A stretch of DNA of 25,189 bases, taken from positions 1 to 25,189 of the IMG/VR virus record IMGVR_UViG_3300038393_001469; one strand, 5' to 3'. The stretch is from a virus. Its lineage: Duplodnaviria > Caudoviricetes. Shown piece after piece: positions 16,194-24,323 of this stretch. The notes under the pieces were generated by a model that did no database searches, was not told the origin of the DNA, and saw only the letters and a program-made list of their open reading frames with translations. How positions within the stretch are numbered: position 1 is the stretch's first letter; the number at the start of each line of letters is the position of its first letter. Position numbers and translations under genes: made by a program.

Positions 16194-17345
16194 TCAGGAC
16201 AGGGGCGTCTCGCCGAGGTCCACGATGCGGCCGAGCTCGAGCGGGACCACCTTCGCCTCGATGTAGTGCGCCCGGGTCACCCGGTCGTCCGCGTGCCCCA
16301 GCTGCGCCGCCGCCCGCACCGAGCCCTCCACCTCGGACAGGTACGTCGCCACCGTCTTCCGCAGCACCTTCAGCGTCACCCATTCCCACTCCGTGCCTTC
16401 GAGGGCCTTGTCCCAGATGCGGCGCATGGCCCGCGGGTCCCTGGGGCCGCCGTCACGGTTGGGGAACACCAGCGCCCCGGTCGCCTCGGCCCGGAGGCGG
16501 GCGAGCATGGCCACGGCGAAGGGGGGCAGGGGCAGGGCGCGGCGGTCCTGCTCCTTCGTCGGTGTGATCCGCAGCCCCTCGCCCTCGACCCGGACGACCT
16601 GCCGGTGCACGTGCACCCACGGGATGGACGCGTCGAGGTGGACGTCCTCCCAGTGCAGCCCGAGGGGCTCGGCGGCGCGGCAGCCGGTGGCGATGAGGTA
16701 CTCGAGCAGGTCCGCCGCCGACGCCCCGGCGCGCCGGTTCGTGCGCGGGACGGGCTGGGCGCGGACGGCCGCCCGGACCGCGGCGAGGTCCTCCAGTGTC
16801 AAGGCCCGGGGCGGGGGGTGCTCGACCCGGACCGCCTGGACAGCGACGACGGGGGATGCTGTGACGGCGCCGAGGCGGACGGCCCGCTTGAACATGGAGG
16901 AGAGCACCCAGCGCATCTTCTTCGCCTGCGGCGGGTGCTCCGCGGCCAGCGCGGTCACGGCGGCGTCCACGAACGGGGCCGTGCACTCCCGCAGCGTCAG
17001 CGCCCCGAGGCGCGGGTTGATGTGCAGGCCGATCGTGTTCCGTATCTCACGGATGGTATTGGGCGCGAGGGGCGGCCGGCGGGCCTCCTCGGCGGTGAGG
17101 TGGAGGGCGGCGAGCTCGGCGACGGTGGACTCGGCGGTGAGCCCGAGGCCGGCGAGGTCGCCGACCTTCTGCGCGACCTTCGCCCGCACCCCCGACTGGG
17201 CCTCGGACTTGGAGCGGCCGGTGGCGGAGGCGCGGCGGACCTGCCCGTCGGCGCGGCGGTAGTAGGCGGACGCGGTCCAGCCCGTGCCGTCGCGGCGGGC
17301 GGCGATGTTCCCGTGCTCCCCAGGGCGGAGCCTAGGCCGCGGCAT
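16194..17345 (-). CDS. int: Tyrosine integrase
   Basis: 383 aa with an N-terminal arm-binding region, ATGCR (Arg I), TPTK, KVLRKT (HxxR position), QLGH and TRAHY (Tyr nucleophile). Adjacent to the tRNA-like att core. Confidence 0.92.
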   Translation of the reverse strand: MPRPRLRPGEHGNIAARRDGTGWTASAYYRRADGQVRRASATGRSKSEAQSGVRAKVAQKVGDLAGLGLTAESTVAELAALHLTAEEARRPPLAPNTIREIRNTIGLHINPRLGALTLRECTAPFVDAAVTALAAEHPPQAKKMRWVLSSMFKRAVRLGAVTASPVVAVQAVRVEHPPPRALTLEDLAAVRAAVRAQPVPRTNRRAGASAADLLEYLIATGCRAAEPLGLHWEDVHLDASIPWVHVHRQVVRVEGEGLRITPTKEQDRRALPLPPFAVAMLARLRAEATGALVFPNRDGGPRDPRAMRRIWDKALEGTEWEWVTLKVLRKTVATYLSEVEGSVRAAAQLGHADDRVTRAHYIEAKVVPLELGRIVDLGETPLS

Positions 17346-17381
17346 TATAAGGCCTCATCCCTCTATTGTCCCACATGGTGC

Positions 17382-17786
17382 TCACGCGCCGAGGGTGAAC
17401 TCGGCCGGCGCGAAGCGGTGCTTCATCGCCGGGCAGGCACGGCACGACGGGCACCCCACCCGGGCGGCCTCCGCGTCCGTGAGGGTCGCGGCCCGGTCCA
17501 TGAGCACCTTCTTCGTCACCCCCAGGTTGCGGGCGGTGGCCTCGGTGTCGCCCTTGCAGGCCCCGACCATGGCCTCGACCGGCAGGCAGCGCCGCGCCGT
17601 CTCGTACCGGACGTCGGACTCGATGTCCTCGGGCTGGTGCCGGGTGTGGCCCCACTCCTGGTGGACGAGCTCGTGCTGGACCGTGACGAACATCTGCGCC
17701 GCGGACAGCCTGTCGTCCACGATGATGGTGTGCCCGTCGGTCTGGCCGAGGATGCCGTCCGGGAGACGGCGGCGGATGATGCGCAT
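17382..17786 (-). CDS. ImmA/IrrE-family metallopeptidase (putative anti-repressor)
   Basis: ILGQTDGHTIIVDDRLS...TVQHELVH (HExxH)...E...ARRCLP...ARNLGVT...R. Lies between the repressor and integrase. Confidence 0.78.
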   Translation of the reverse strand: MRIIRRRLPDGILGQTDGHTIIVDDRLSAAQMFVTVQHELVHQEWGHTRHQPEDIESDVRYETARRCLPVEAMVGACKGDTEATARNLGVTKKVLMDRAATLTDAEAARVGCPSCRACPAMKHRFAPAEFTLGA

Positions 17787-18008
17787 GTTTGGACTGCCCC
17801 CTAGCTCGGGGGCCGCCCCGGCCCCGAGCGGCCGGGGTCAACGCACAGCCCCCGCGTTAAACGCTAGGTGGACAGACCCGTCTCATTTCGGTCACCACGT
17901 GTGACAGGTCACGGTAATTACCGGCGTGTCGTTTAAACACGCCCTGTCAAAGGGTCACTCCACATGCTGGATTAACGGCGAACTCACAGGTTACCGGCCA
18001 GTATGTGG

Positions 18009-18464
18009 TCAGTCCTCGGGGGCCCCGGCGGACTCGTGCGCCCAGTGGTCGTCGTCGTGCGCGGCCAGGTCGAACTCCGACCGCACCGCCTCCTCCGGCG
18101 CGGCCTCGCGCTGCCGGGTCCAGTCGCGCCAGTCCCGCAGCCGGTGCATCACCTCCACCATCAGCTCGTCGTCCGTGAGGTCAGCGGCCCGGGTCGCCGG
18201 CCGCGCCGGCGGCTCCGCCGCCACGTCCTCCAGCCCCAGCTCGGGGTCGCGGAGCAGGGACGTGATCGCCCCGACCCGCAGGCCCAGGGCCTGCTCGACC
18301 CGCGGCCTCGCCTTCGGGGTGGGCAGGTACTCCCCGGCCAGCCAGCCGGAGAGGGTGCGGGGCCGGACGTCCATGCGGGCGCTCATCTCCGGGATCGTCC
18401 ACCCCCTCGTGTCGCGGTGGTGCTGCAGGATCGCGCCGAAGCGCTGGGCATCGTTTCCTTCCAT
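18009..18464 (-). CDS. Immunity repressor (XRE HTH)
   Basis: Likely start at ATG 18464. FGAILQHHRDTRGWTIPEMSARMDVRPRTLSGWLAGEYLP...VEQALG HTH, acidic tail with DLAA, no LexA-type S24 peptidase domain. Divergent from a Cro-like gene. Confidence 0.8.
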   Translation of the reverse strand: MEGNDAQRFGAILQHHRDTRGWTIPEMSARMDVRPRTLSGWLAGEYLPTPKARPRVEQALGLRVGAITSLLRDPELGLEDVAAEPPARPATRAADLTDDELMVEVMHRLRDWRDWTRQREAAPEEAVRSEFDLAAHDDDHWAHESAGAPED

Positions 18465-18630
18465 GCCGCCAAGCGTCGCAGTGTTCTGCAGGAAACACCA
18501 AAGTCCGATAGCGCGCCGGTACCGCCCCGGTAACGCAAACCATCGCATGTAATTACACGGCTGTCACACGGATTCTGGCCCGGAATTGCGGGAGTTTCAC
18601 GATTCCCGCACGCTGTTTCAGCGAGGGGGC

Positions 18631-18665
18631 TTGCGCTGTTTCAAGTTGTTGCATAGACTCGCAGC
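18631..18665 (+). promoter_or_regulatory. Early lytic promoter (SigA-like), leaderless
   Basis: TTGCGC (18631-18636), 17-nt spacer, TAGACT (18654-18659), then 6 nt to the ATG at 18666. Confidence 0.7.
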
Positions 18666-18905
18666 ATGAGCACAGCAACGAGGGGGATCGCCCCCATCAC
18701 CAACAAGCGAGTCGGACGGATCATCGCCCTCGAGCGCCGCGCCCGACGCCTCACCCTCGACGAGGCCGGCACCCGGATCGGGGTGGACCACTCCACCCTC
18801 GCCAACTGGGAGCAGGGCCGCCGACCCATCCCCGCCAAGCACGTGGACAACGTCGCCGAGCTGCTCGGCGTGGACCCCGCACTCATCGACCCCAACGCCG
18901 CCTGA
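18666..18905 (+). CDS. Cro-like XRE HTH protein
   Basis: ERRARRLTLDEAGTRIGVDHSTLANWEQGRRPIP...VAELLGV. First rightward early gene. Confidence 0.85.
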   Translation: MSTATRGIAPITNKRVGRIIALERRARRLTLDEAGTRIGVDHSTLANWEQGRRPIPAKHVDNVAELLGVDPALIDPNAA

Positions 18906-18932
18906 GCAGCGCACACCGAGAGAAGGAACGCC

Positions 18933-19184
18933 ATGACCGAGATCACCTGGGCCGAGCCCCCCGCCACCAAGCGCGTCGGACGCGCCCGCCGCACCTTCGT
19001 CGACCGCATCGCCGACGAGCTCAAGGCCAACCCCGGCCGCTGGGCCCTCGTCGCAGAGGATGCCTGGCCCCACACCCGCAAGCAGTGGAAGGACCGCGGC
19101 CTCGAGGTCGTCGGCCGCCGCACCCGACCAGGCAAGGCGCAGGAGAACCTCTACGCCCGCTACAACCCCGACCACGCCGCCTAG
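18933..19184 (+). CDS. Hypothetical basic protein (possibly DNA-binding)
   Basis: 83 aa with AAGGA RBS. Contains IADELKANPGRWALV...LYARY. Confidence 0.65.
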   Translation: MTEITWAEPPATKRVGRARRTFVDRIADELKANPGRWALVAEDAWPHTRKQWKDRGLEVVGRRTRPGKAQENLYARYNPDHAA

Positions 19185-19193
19185 GAGGACGCC

Positions 19194-19457
19194 ATGTTCA
19201 CCGACCCGCAGACCCAGACCGGCTCCGACGCCGAGACCCCCATCGCCGAGCGCTTCGGCAAGTGGCGCATGTACCACCGCCGCAAGCCCGACGGGTCCAT
19301 CCAGTGGTGCGCCTACCAGCCCGACCAGCTCGACGAGCCCATGTTCCCCGCCCCCAAGGGCGACCGGTACCGGGCCCCCCGCTACGGCGCCACCACCGGC
19401 ACCGGCCAGGAGGTCCTCACGAAGCTGCAGCTCGCGATGGCGAAGGCGGCCGCGTGA
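19194..19457 (+). CDS. Hypothetical protein
   Basis: 87 aa, TAGGAGG RBS, good codon usage. Confidence 0.65.
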   Translation: MFTDPQTQTGSDAETPIAERFGKWRMYHRRKPDGSIQWCAYQPDQLDEPMFPAPKGDRYRAPRYGATTGTGQEVLTKLQLAMAKAAA

Positions 19458-19618
19458 TGCCCGGCACCCTCGTCACCATCGGATCCTCCCGGGCGATCGC
19501 CCCCGAGTACCGCGGCCACACCGGCCGCGTCGTCGGCACCACCCGCGGCTTCATCCTCGTCCTCCTCGACGACCTGACGGTCGGCTTCCACGCCGACGAG
19601 CTGACGGTGGCGTCATGA
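19457..19618 (+). CDS. Small hypothetical protein (SH3/KOW-like)
   Basis: TGATG overlap. MPGTLVTI...YRGHTGRVVG...ILVLLDD...FHADEL. Confidence 0.6.
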   Translation: MPGTLVTIGSSRAIAPEYRGHTGRVVGTTRGFILVLLDDLTVGFHADELTVAS

Positions 19619-19749
19619 CCACCACCGCCCGCGCCGTCCGCGCCGCCGTCCGGTTCGCCTTCGCCACCACCGTCGTCACCGCCATGAGCCTCAGCGCCGT
19701 GGCCGCCGCGTTCCTGGCCTGCACCATCGCGAACAGGCTCCTGCCATGA
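19615..19749 (+). CDS. Small membrane protein (44 aa)
   Basis: ATGA overlaps at both ends and one hydrophobic segment. Confidence 0.55.
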   Translation: MTTTARAVRAAVRFAFATTVVTAMSLSAVAAAFLACTIANRLLP

Positions 19750-20033
19750 GCGCCCTCACCCGCGAGGACTTCGCCGCCATGACCGGCGCCCCCTACGTCC
19801 CCCTGTGCGAGTCCGCCCACCTGTGCCACCGCACCTCCTCCCACTACGCCGAGACCCGCCACCAGTGCTTCCTCGCCGAGGACGAGGACCGGCTCGTCTA
19901 CCCCATCTGCCGCGAGGTCGCCTGGTCCATCCTCGGCAACACCGGCCGCACCGCCCTCTGCCCCCTCTGCGGCAACGCGATCCCGCAGAAGGACTTCGTC
20001 ACCCTCGCCGCACGGGTGGACACCCGGCCATGA
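19746..20033 (+). CDS. Cys/His-rich putative zinc-binding protein
   Basis: CESAHLC...HQC...IC...CPLC. ATGA coupling. Confidence 0.65.
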   Translation: MSALTREDFAAMTGAPYVPLCESAHLCHRTSSHYAETRHQCFLAEDEDRLVYPICREVAWSILGNTGRTALCPLCGNAIPQKDFVTLAARVDTRP

Positions 20034-20311
20034 GCACCGCGACCGGCATCGAGGTCATCGAGCACCTCGACTTCACCCCCGACCACTCCTGCGAGGTCGA
20101 GCTCCGGAAGGGCGGCATCTGCGGCGACGCGGCCGTCTGGCTCGCCATCCACGGATGCTGCGGGGCCACGACCGAGATGTGCGCCCGCCACGGCGCGAGG
20201 TTCCTGGCCCTCGTGAACGGGGCCGCGAAGATCCGCGGCACCCTCTCCTGCGACTACTGCCTCGCCCGAGGCAACGATCCGGCCCTGTACAGGACGGTGC
20301 CCCTGACATGA
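20030..20311 (+). CDS. Cys/His-rich putative zinc-binding protein
   Basis: ATG at 20030. LDF...CE...CGDAAVW...HGCC...CARH...CDYC, with Cys spacing similar to the preceding gene. Confidence 0.65.
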   Translation: MSTATGIEVIEHLDFTPDHSCEVELRKGGICGDAAVWLAIHGCCGATTEMCARHGARFLALVNGAAKIRGTLSCDYCLARGNDPALYRTVPLT

Positions 20312-20357
20312 GCACCACCCCCGCCGCCTGAGCACCGGCACCAACGGAAGGAACACC

Positions 20358-21185
20358 ATGGAACTCACCTTCAACGCGGAGAAGCACATCTACCGCCTCA
20401 ACGGAAAGCGCCTCACCTCGGTCACCACCGTCCTCGGCGCGGGCGTGCCGAAGCCCATGCTCATCGACTGGGCCGGGGTGGAGGTCGCCGGCTGGGCACT
20501 GGACCCCGCCAACGCCGACGAGTTCGACCGCCTCGCCCACGAGCACCGCCTCGACCTGGCCGCAGAGGCCGTGGACGACAAGGGCCGCACCGCCGCCCAG
20601 AAGGTCCTCGGCAAGAAGCACCACGAGAAGCGCGACAAGGCCGCCGTCCGCGGCACCGCCGTCCACAACCTCGCCGAGCAGCTCGTCCACGGCGAGCAGG
20701 TGGAGGTCCCCGAGGAGCTCGCCCCCTACATCGACGGGTACCTCCGCTTCCTCGACACCTTCGAGGTCGCCCCCCTCATGACCGAGCGCACCGTCCTCCT
20801 CGCCGGCCTCGGCGTCGCCGGCCGCTTCGACCTCATCGCCACCTCCCCGCACCTGAACCACGGGGAGCCGTTCATCGCCGACGTCAAGACCTCCTCCGGG
20901 GTGTACCGGGAGACCGCGGCGCAGCTGGCCGCCTACGGGTACGGCGCCGACGGGTACGTCACCGACACCGACCCCCACACCCTCCTCGAGCTGCCCTACG
21001 TGACCGCCAGCTTCGTCCTGCACTGCACCCCCGAGGGCACCCACGTCGTCCCCTTCGCCGAGACCCGCGACGAGCTCGGCGGCGACTTCGACTACTTCCT
21101 CTCCGCCCACCACATCTACGAGCGGACCCTCGCCAAGCACAAGGTCAAGGACCCCATCCCCTACCCGACAACCCTGGCCGCCTGA
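20358..21185 (+). CDS. PD-(D/E)XK exonuclease (RecE/Cas4-like)
   Basis: FNAEKHIY, SVTTVL, RGTAVH, TERTV, AGRFD, DVKTS and QLAAY motifs. Confidence 0.85.
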   Translation: MELTFNAEKHIYRLNGKRLTSVTTVLGAGVPKPMLIDWAGVEVAGWALDPANADEFDRLAHEHRLDLAAEAVDDKGRTAAQKVLGKKHHEKRDKAAVRGTAVHNLAEQLVHGEQVEVPEELAPYIDGYLRFLDTFEVAPLMTERTVLLAGLGVAGRFDLIATSPHLNHGEPFIADVKTSSGVYRETAAQLAAYGYGADGYVTDTDPHTLLELPYVTASFVLHCTPEGTHVVPFAETRDELGGDFDYFLSAHHIYERTLAKHKVKDPIPYPTTLAA

Positions 21186-21214
21186 GCCCCGGCCCCCACG
21201 GAAGGAAACCCACG

Positions 21215-21988
21215 ATGAGCCTCAACCATGAGCAGGTCTCCCAGCTCCTGCGCCCCGTGCACGGGTCCCGCGTGCACAAGCTCGACGGCCTCTCCCACAT
21301 GGAGGCCTACGACATCCGCGCCCACCTGAACCGCATCTTCGGATTCGGGCACTGGTCCGCCGACGTGATCGAGATGACCCTCATGTACGAGGAGAAGACC
21401 ACCACGAAGGCCGGCAAGCCCGCCTACGCGGTCGGCTACCGGGCAGGCCTGCGCCTGACCGTGTGCGACCCGGACGGCGCCACCCTCGCCTCCTTCACCG
21501 AGTACGCCGCGTCCGGGCAGGTCATGCCCGACTTCAAGCGCGGCGACGCGCACGACTTCGCGATGAAGACCGCCGAGTCGCAGGCCCTCAAGCGGTGCGC
21601 GACCAACCTGGGCGACCAGTTCGGCCTGTCCCTGTACAACAACGGCTCCCTCCTGCCGCTGGTCATCAAGACCCTCGTCATGCCCGAGGCCGCCCCGGCC
21701 GAGAAGGGCGTGGACGACGGCGCGCCGGCCGTGGCCCCGCAGCCCACCGAGGCCGAGGACGCCGCCGAGGCGGAGCAGGCGCCGGAGCCGCCCAAGACGG
21801 TCACCCGCCAGCGCAAGGCCCCCGAGCCCCAGCCCGAGCCCGCCGCCGAGAAGCCCCGGCGGGACTACCTCGCCGAGATCCCTGAGGCGAACGGTGACAA
21901 GGACTTCCTCCGCGTCCTCTGGAAGGCCGCCAAGGCTGACGGCGAGCCCGACGAGGTCCTCAATGCGATCGCAGACGCAGCCGCTTGA
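21215..21988 (+). CDS. Rad52/Rad22-family (Sak-like) single-strand annealing protein
   Basis: LSHMEAYDIRAHLNRIFGFGHWS...HDFAMKTAESQALKRCATNLGDQFGLSLY. Follows the exonuclease. Confidence 0.88.
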   Translation: MSLNHEQVSQLLRPVHGSRVHKLDGLSHMEAYDIRAHLNRIFGFGHWSADVIEMTLMYEEKTTTKAGKPAYAVGYRAGLRLTVCDPDGATLASFTEYAASGQVMPDFKRGDAHDFAMKTAESQALKRCATNLGDQFGLSLYNNGSLLPLVIKTLVMPEAAPAEKGVDDGAPAVAPQPTEAEDAAEAEQAPEPPKTVTRQRKAPEPQPEPAAEKPRRDYLAEIPEANGDKDFLRVLWKAAKADGEPDEVLNAIADAAA

Positions 21989-22187
21989 CATCCCGGCCTG
22001 GACCCATCCGCTGTGCGACTGCGGGAAGGTCCTAGCCACCGACCGTGCCGACGCCAAGAAGTGGCGCCGCATCTACGCCGACCACAACGGCAACCACAAC
22101 GAGGTCCGCTACTACCAGTGCCGCTACGGAACGTGGCACTGGACCAGCAGGACCGAGCCCTACCGGAAGGAAACCACCCAGCCATGA
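21963..22187 (+). CDS. Small hypothetical protein, probably metal-binding
   Basis: Likely ATG at 21963. CDCGK...A...RYYQCRYGTWHWTS. ATGA-coupled to ssb. Confidence 0.6.
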   Translation: MRSQTQPLDIPAWTHPLCDCGKVLATDRADAKKWRRIYADHNGNHNEVRYYQCRYGTWHWTSRTEPYRKETTQP

Positions 22188-22609
22188 GCAACGAGCAGAG
22201 CATCACCATCGCCGGCACCCTCACCGCGGACCCCGAGCTTAGGTTCACCCCGTCCGGCGCGGCCGTGGCCAACTTCACCGTCGCGTTCAACCCCCGCCGC
22301 TTCGACAAGACCGCCAACGAGTGGCGCGACGGCACCGCCCAGTTCTGGCGCTGCCAGGCGTGGAACGCCGGGAAGCTGACCATGGCCGAGAACATCGCCG
22401 ACCAGCTCCACAAGGGCGACCGGGTCATCCTCACCGGCACCCTCGAGGCCCGCGAGTACGAGAAGGACGGCCAGAAGCGCACCGTGACCGAGGTCCGGGT
22501 CGCGCACATCGGCAAGGACGCCCTGTACCACGGCCAGCCCCACAACCGGGAGCAGGCCGCCGAGGACCCGTGGGGCGCCGGCAACGACTCGATGCGGGCC
22601 CCCTTCTGA
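22184..22609 (+). CDS. ssb: Single-stranded DNA-binding protein
   Basis: ITIAGTLTADPELRFTPSGAAVANFTVA...AENIADQLHKGDRVILTGTL, with a DPW...APF tail. Confidence 0.93.
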   Translation: MSNEQSITIAGTLTADPELRFTPSGAAVANFTVAFNPRRFDKTANEWRDGTAQFWRCQAWNAGKLTMAENIADQLHKGDRVILTGTLEAREYEKDGQKRTVTEVRVAHIGKDALYHGQPHNREQAAEDPWGAGNDSMRAPF

Positions 22610-22682
22610 CCGTGGCTGACCGCGAGATCGTCTGGCCCCACGTCCCCGTCAACACCCCCACCAAGCCCCAGGAGGAACCCCC

Positions 22683-22958
22683 GTGCACACCTACGAAGTC
22701 ACCGTCTACTCCCAGCCCCACTGCCAGCCCTGCCGCCTGACCAAGCGCAAGCTCGACGCCGCCGGGGTGCCCTTCACCGAGAAGGACGCCGTCGCCGCCG
22801 AGAACCACCGCTACATCACCGGCCGCCTCGGCCACCAGCAGGCCCCCGTCGTCACCGTCCACCGCGACGGCACCCTCTGGACCCACTGGGCCGGGCTCCG
22901 CGCCGAACTCCTCGCCGACGTCATCGCCACCATCACCGAGAAGGAGGCGGCAGCGTGA
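22683..22958 (+). CDS. nrdH: NrdH-like glutaredoxin
   Basis: VTVYSQPHCQPC (CxxC), TKRKLD, QAPVV and HWAGLR (WSGFRP-like). GGAGG RBS. Confidence 0.82.
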   Translation: MHTYEVTVYSQPHCQPCRLTKRKLDAAGVPFTEKDAVAAENHRYITGRLGHQQAPVVTVHRDGTLWTHWAGLRAELLADVIATITEKEAAA

Positions 22959-23527
22959 CCGCCATGCCCGCCACCTGCACCGGCTGCGCCCGGCCCCTGC
23001 GCGACCCCCGCGTCGCGGCCGCCAAGCACCCCGGCACCGTCTGCTACGGCGGCAACGGCCTGTGCTCCACCTGCCGCGGCCGCACCCGCCGCAACGACAC
23101 CCGCCCCGACGCCTGCCACGACTGCGGCAAGGCCCTCCACTACCGCGGCGGGCCCCGCCGGGTGGACTCCGTCGAGCACGTCGCCCGCGGCCTGTGCCGG
23201 TCCTGCTACGACGAGGAGCGGCAGCTGGCCAAGATGGCAGCGGCCGGGAACATGTACCCCACCGTCAGCCCCGAGGCGCACGCCCACACCGTCGCCGGGT
23301 ACACGGCATGGCTGACCGAGCGGCGCAAGCGCGGCGTCCCCGCCGACGGGTACCAGGTCGCCGACGAGCCCGACACCCTCACCCAGCTCGCCCGCGGCAA
23401 GACCCCCTCCCAGCGCCGCGCCATCGGCCGACTCCTCGAGCAGCTCGAGACCGAGCGCGACGCGATCGCCCGCGCCACCCGCACCCAGGAGGCCCGCCAC
23501 CGCTACCAGTACGGGATCGTCGCATGA
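22955..23527 (+). CDS. Zinc-finger hypothetical protein
   Basis: Two repeats of CxxC...GLCxxC. GTGA coupling. Confidence 0.7.
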   Translation: MTAMPATCTGCARPLRDPRVAAAKHPGTVCYGGNGLCSTCRGRTRRNDTRPDACHDCGKALHYRGGPRRVDSVEHVARGLCRSCYDEERQLAKMAAAGNMYPTVSPEAHAHTVAGYTAWLTERRKRGVPADGYQVADEPDTLTQLARGKTPSQRRAIGRLLEQLETERDAIARATRTQEARHRYQYGIVA

Positions 23528-23757
23528 GCCGGCACGAGCTCACCGCCGAGGAGCGCGGCCGCGCACTGGACACCCGCCGCGCCCTGCTCGCGGCCCGGCT
23601 GGAGGACTTCGACTGGCTCGCCCAGAACGGGGTCAACCTGTGCGAGGCCGCGGTGCGGGCTGGCTGGCCCACCGTCACCGCGGCAGTGACCGCGCTGCGC
23701 CGCGCCGGGCACCCCCTCGCCTACGTCCTCGAGCGCGAACGGCGTGAGGCGGCGTGA
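23524..23757 (+). CDS. Small HTH-like protein
   Basis: RLEDFDWLAQNG...EAAVRAGW...ALRRAG. ATGA and GTGA coupling. Confidence 0.65.
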   Translation: MSRHELTAEERGRALDTRRALLAARLEDFDWLAQNGVNLCEAAVRAGWPTVTAAVTALRRAGHPLAYVLERERREAA

Positions 23758-24323
23758 GGTACGCGGAGCTGTGCGCCGGGTACGGGGGCCTCGGCCTCGG
23801 CGTCGAGGAGGCCTTCCCCGGCGCGGAGCTGGCCTGGTACTCCGAGTTCGACCCGGCCCCGTCCAAGATCATGGCCCGCCACTGGCCCGGGATCCCGAAC
23901 CACGGCGACATGACCGCCATCGACTGGGCCGCGGTCGAGCCGGTGGACCTCATCAGCGGCGGCACACCCTGCCAGGACCTGTCCCATGCGGGTCGCCGGC
24001 GGGGCATGACCGAGGGCACCCGCTCCAACCTGTGGGTGTCCATGCGAGAAGCCATAGCAACCATCAACCCCACCTACGTGGTGTGGGAGAACGTCAGGGG
24101 GGCCTACAGTGCCGCAGCCGCTAGCGATCTGGAACAGCAGCCGGGATGTGTGGGAGGCCACGGGAGCGGAGGCGACGACGTGCCTGTTCTGCGGGCACTC
24201 GGACGTGTACTCGGAGACCTTCACGACCTCGGGTACGACGCGCAATGGCGTGGCCTACGCGCTGCCGACGTGGGAGCACCGCACGGCAGGTTCCGCGTCT
24301 TCGTCCTCGCCAAACGCCGATGA
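23754..24323 (+). CDS. C5-cytosine DNA methyltransferase, catalytic part (motifs I-VIII)
   Basis: ELCAGYGG (I), GD (III), SGGTPCQD (IV, catalytic Cys), WENV (VI), GY (VII), GAPHGRFRVF (VIII). Stops immediately after motif VIII. Confidence 0.88.
   Translation: MRYAELCAGYGGLGLGVEEAFPGAELAWYSEFDPAPSKIMARHWPGIPNHGDMTAIDWAAVEPVDLISGGTPCQDLSHAGRRRGMTEGTRSNLWVSMREAIATINPTYVVWENVRGAYSAAAASDLEQQPGCVGGHGSGGDDVPVLRALGRVLGDLHDLGYDAQWRGLRAADVGAPHGRFRVFVLAKRR

Noticed and set aside
15705-17804. 699-aa plus-strand ORF across attP and int
   Set aside because: Antisense to the integrase and immA, runs through the att core and terminator, and has low-information composition.
18465-18548. Longer repressor N-terminus from ATG 18548
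   Set aside because: The extension crosses the AT-richer regulatory region and palindrome. The HTH begins right after ATG 18464.
20358-21185. CRISPR-associated Cas4 or a CRISPR array
   Set aside because: No repeat-spacer array or other cas genes in the window. The nuclease is paired with an annealase as a recombination module.
22612-22740. Short ORF VADREIVWPHVP... between ssb and nrdH
   Set aside because: No RBS, overlaps nrdH out of frame, low complexity.
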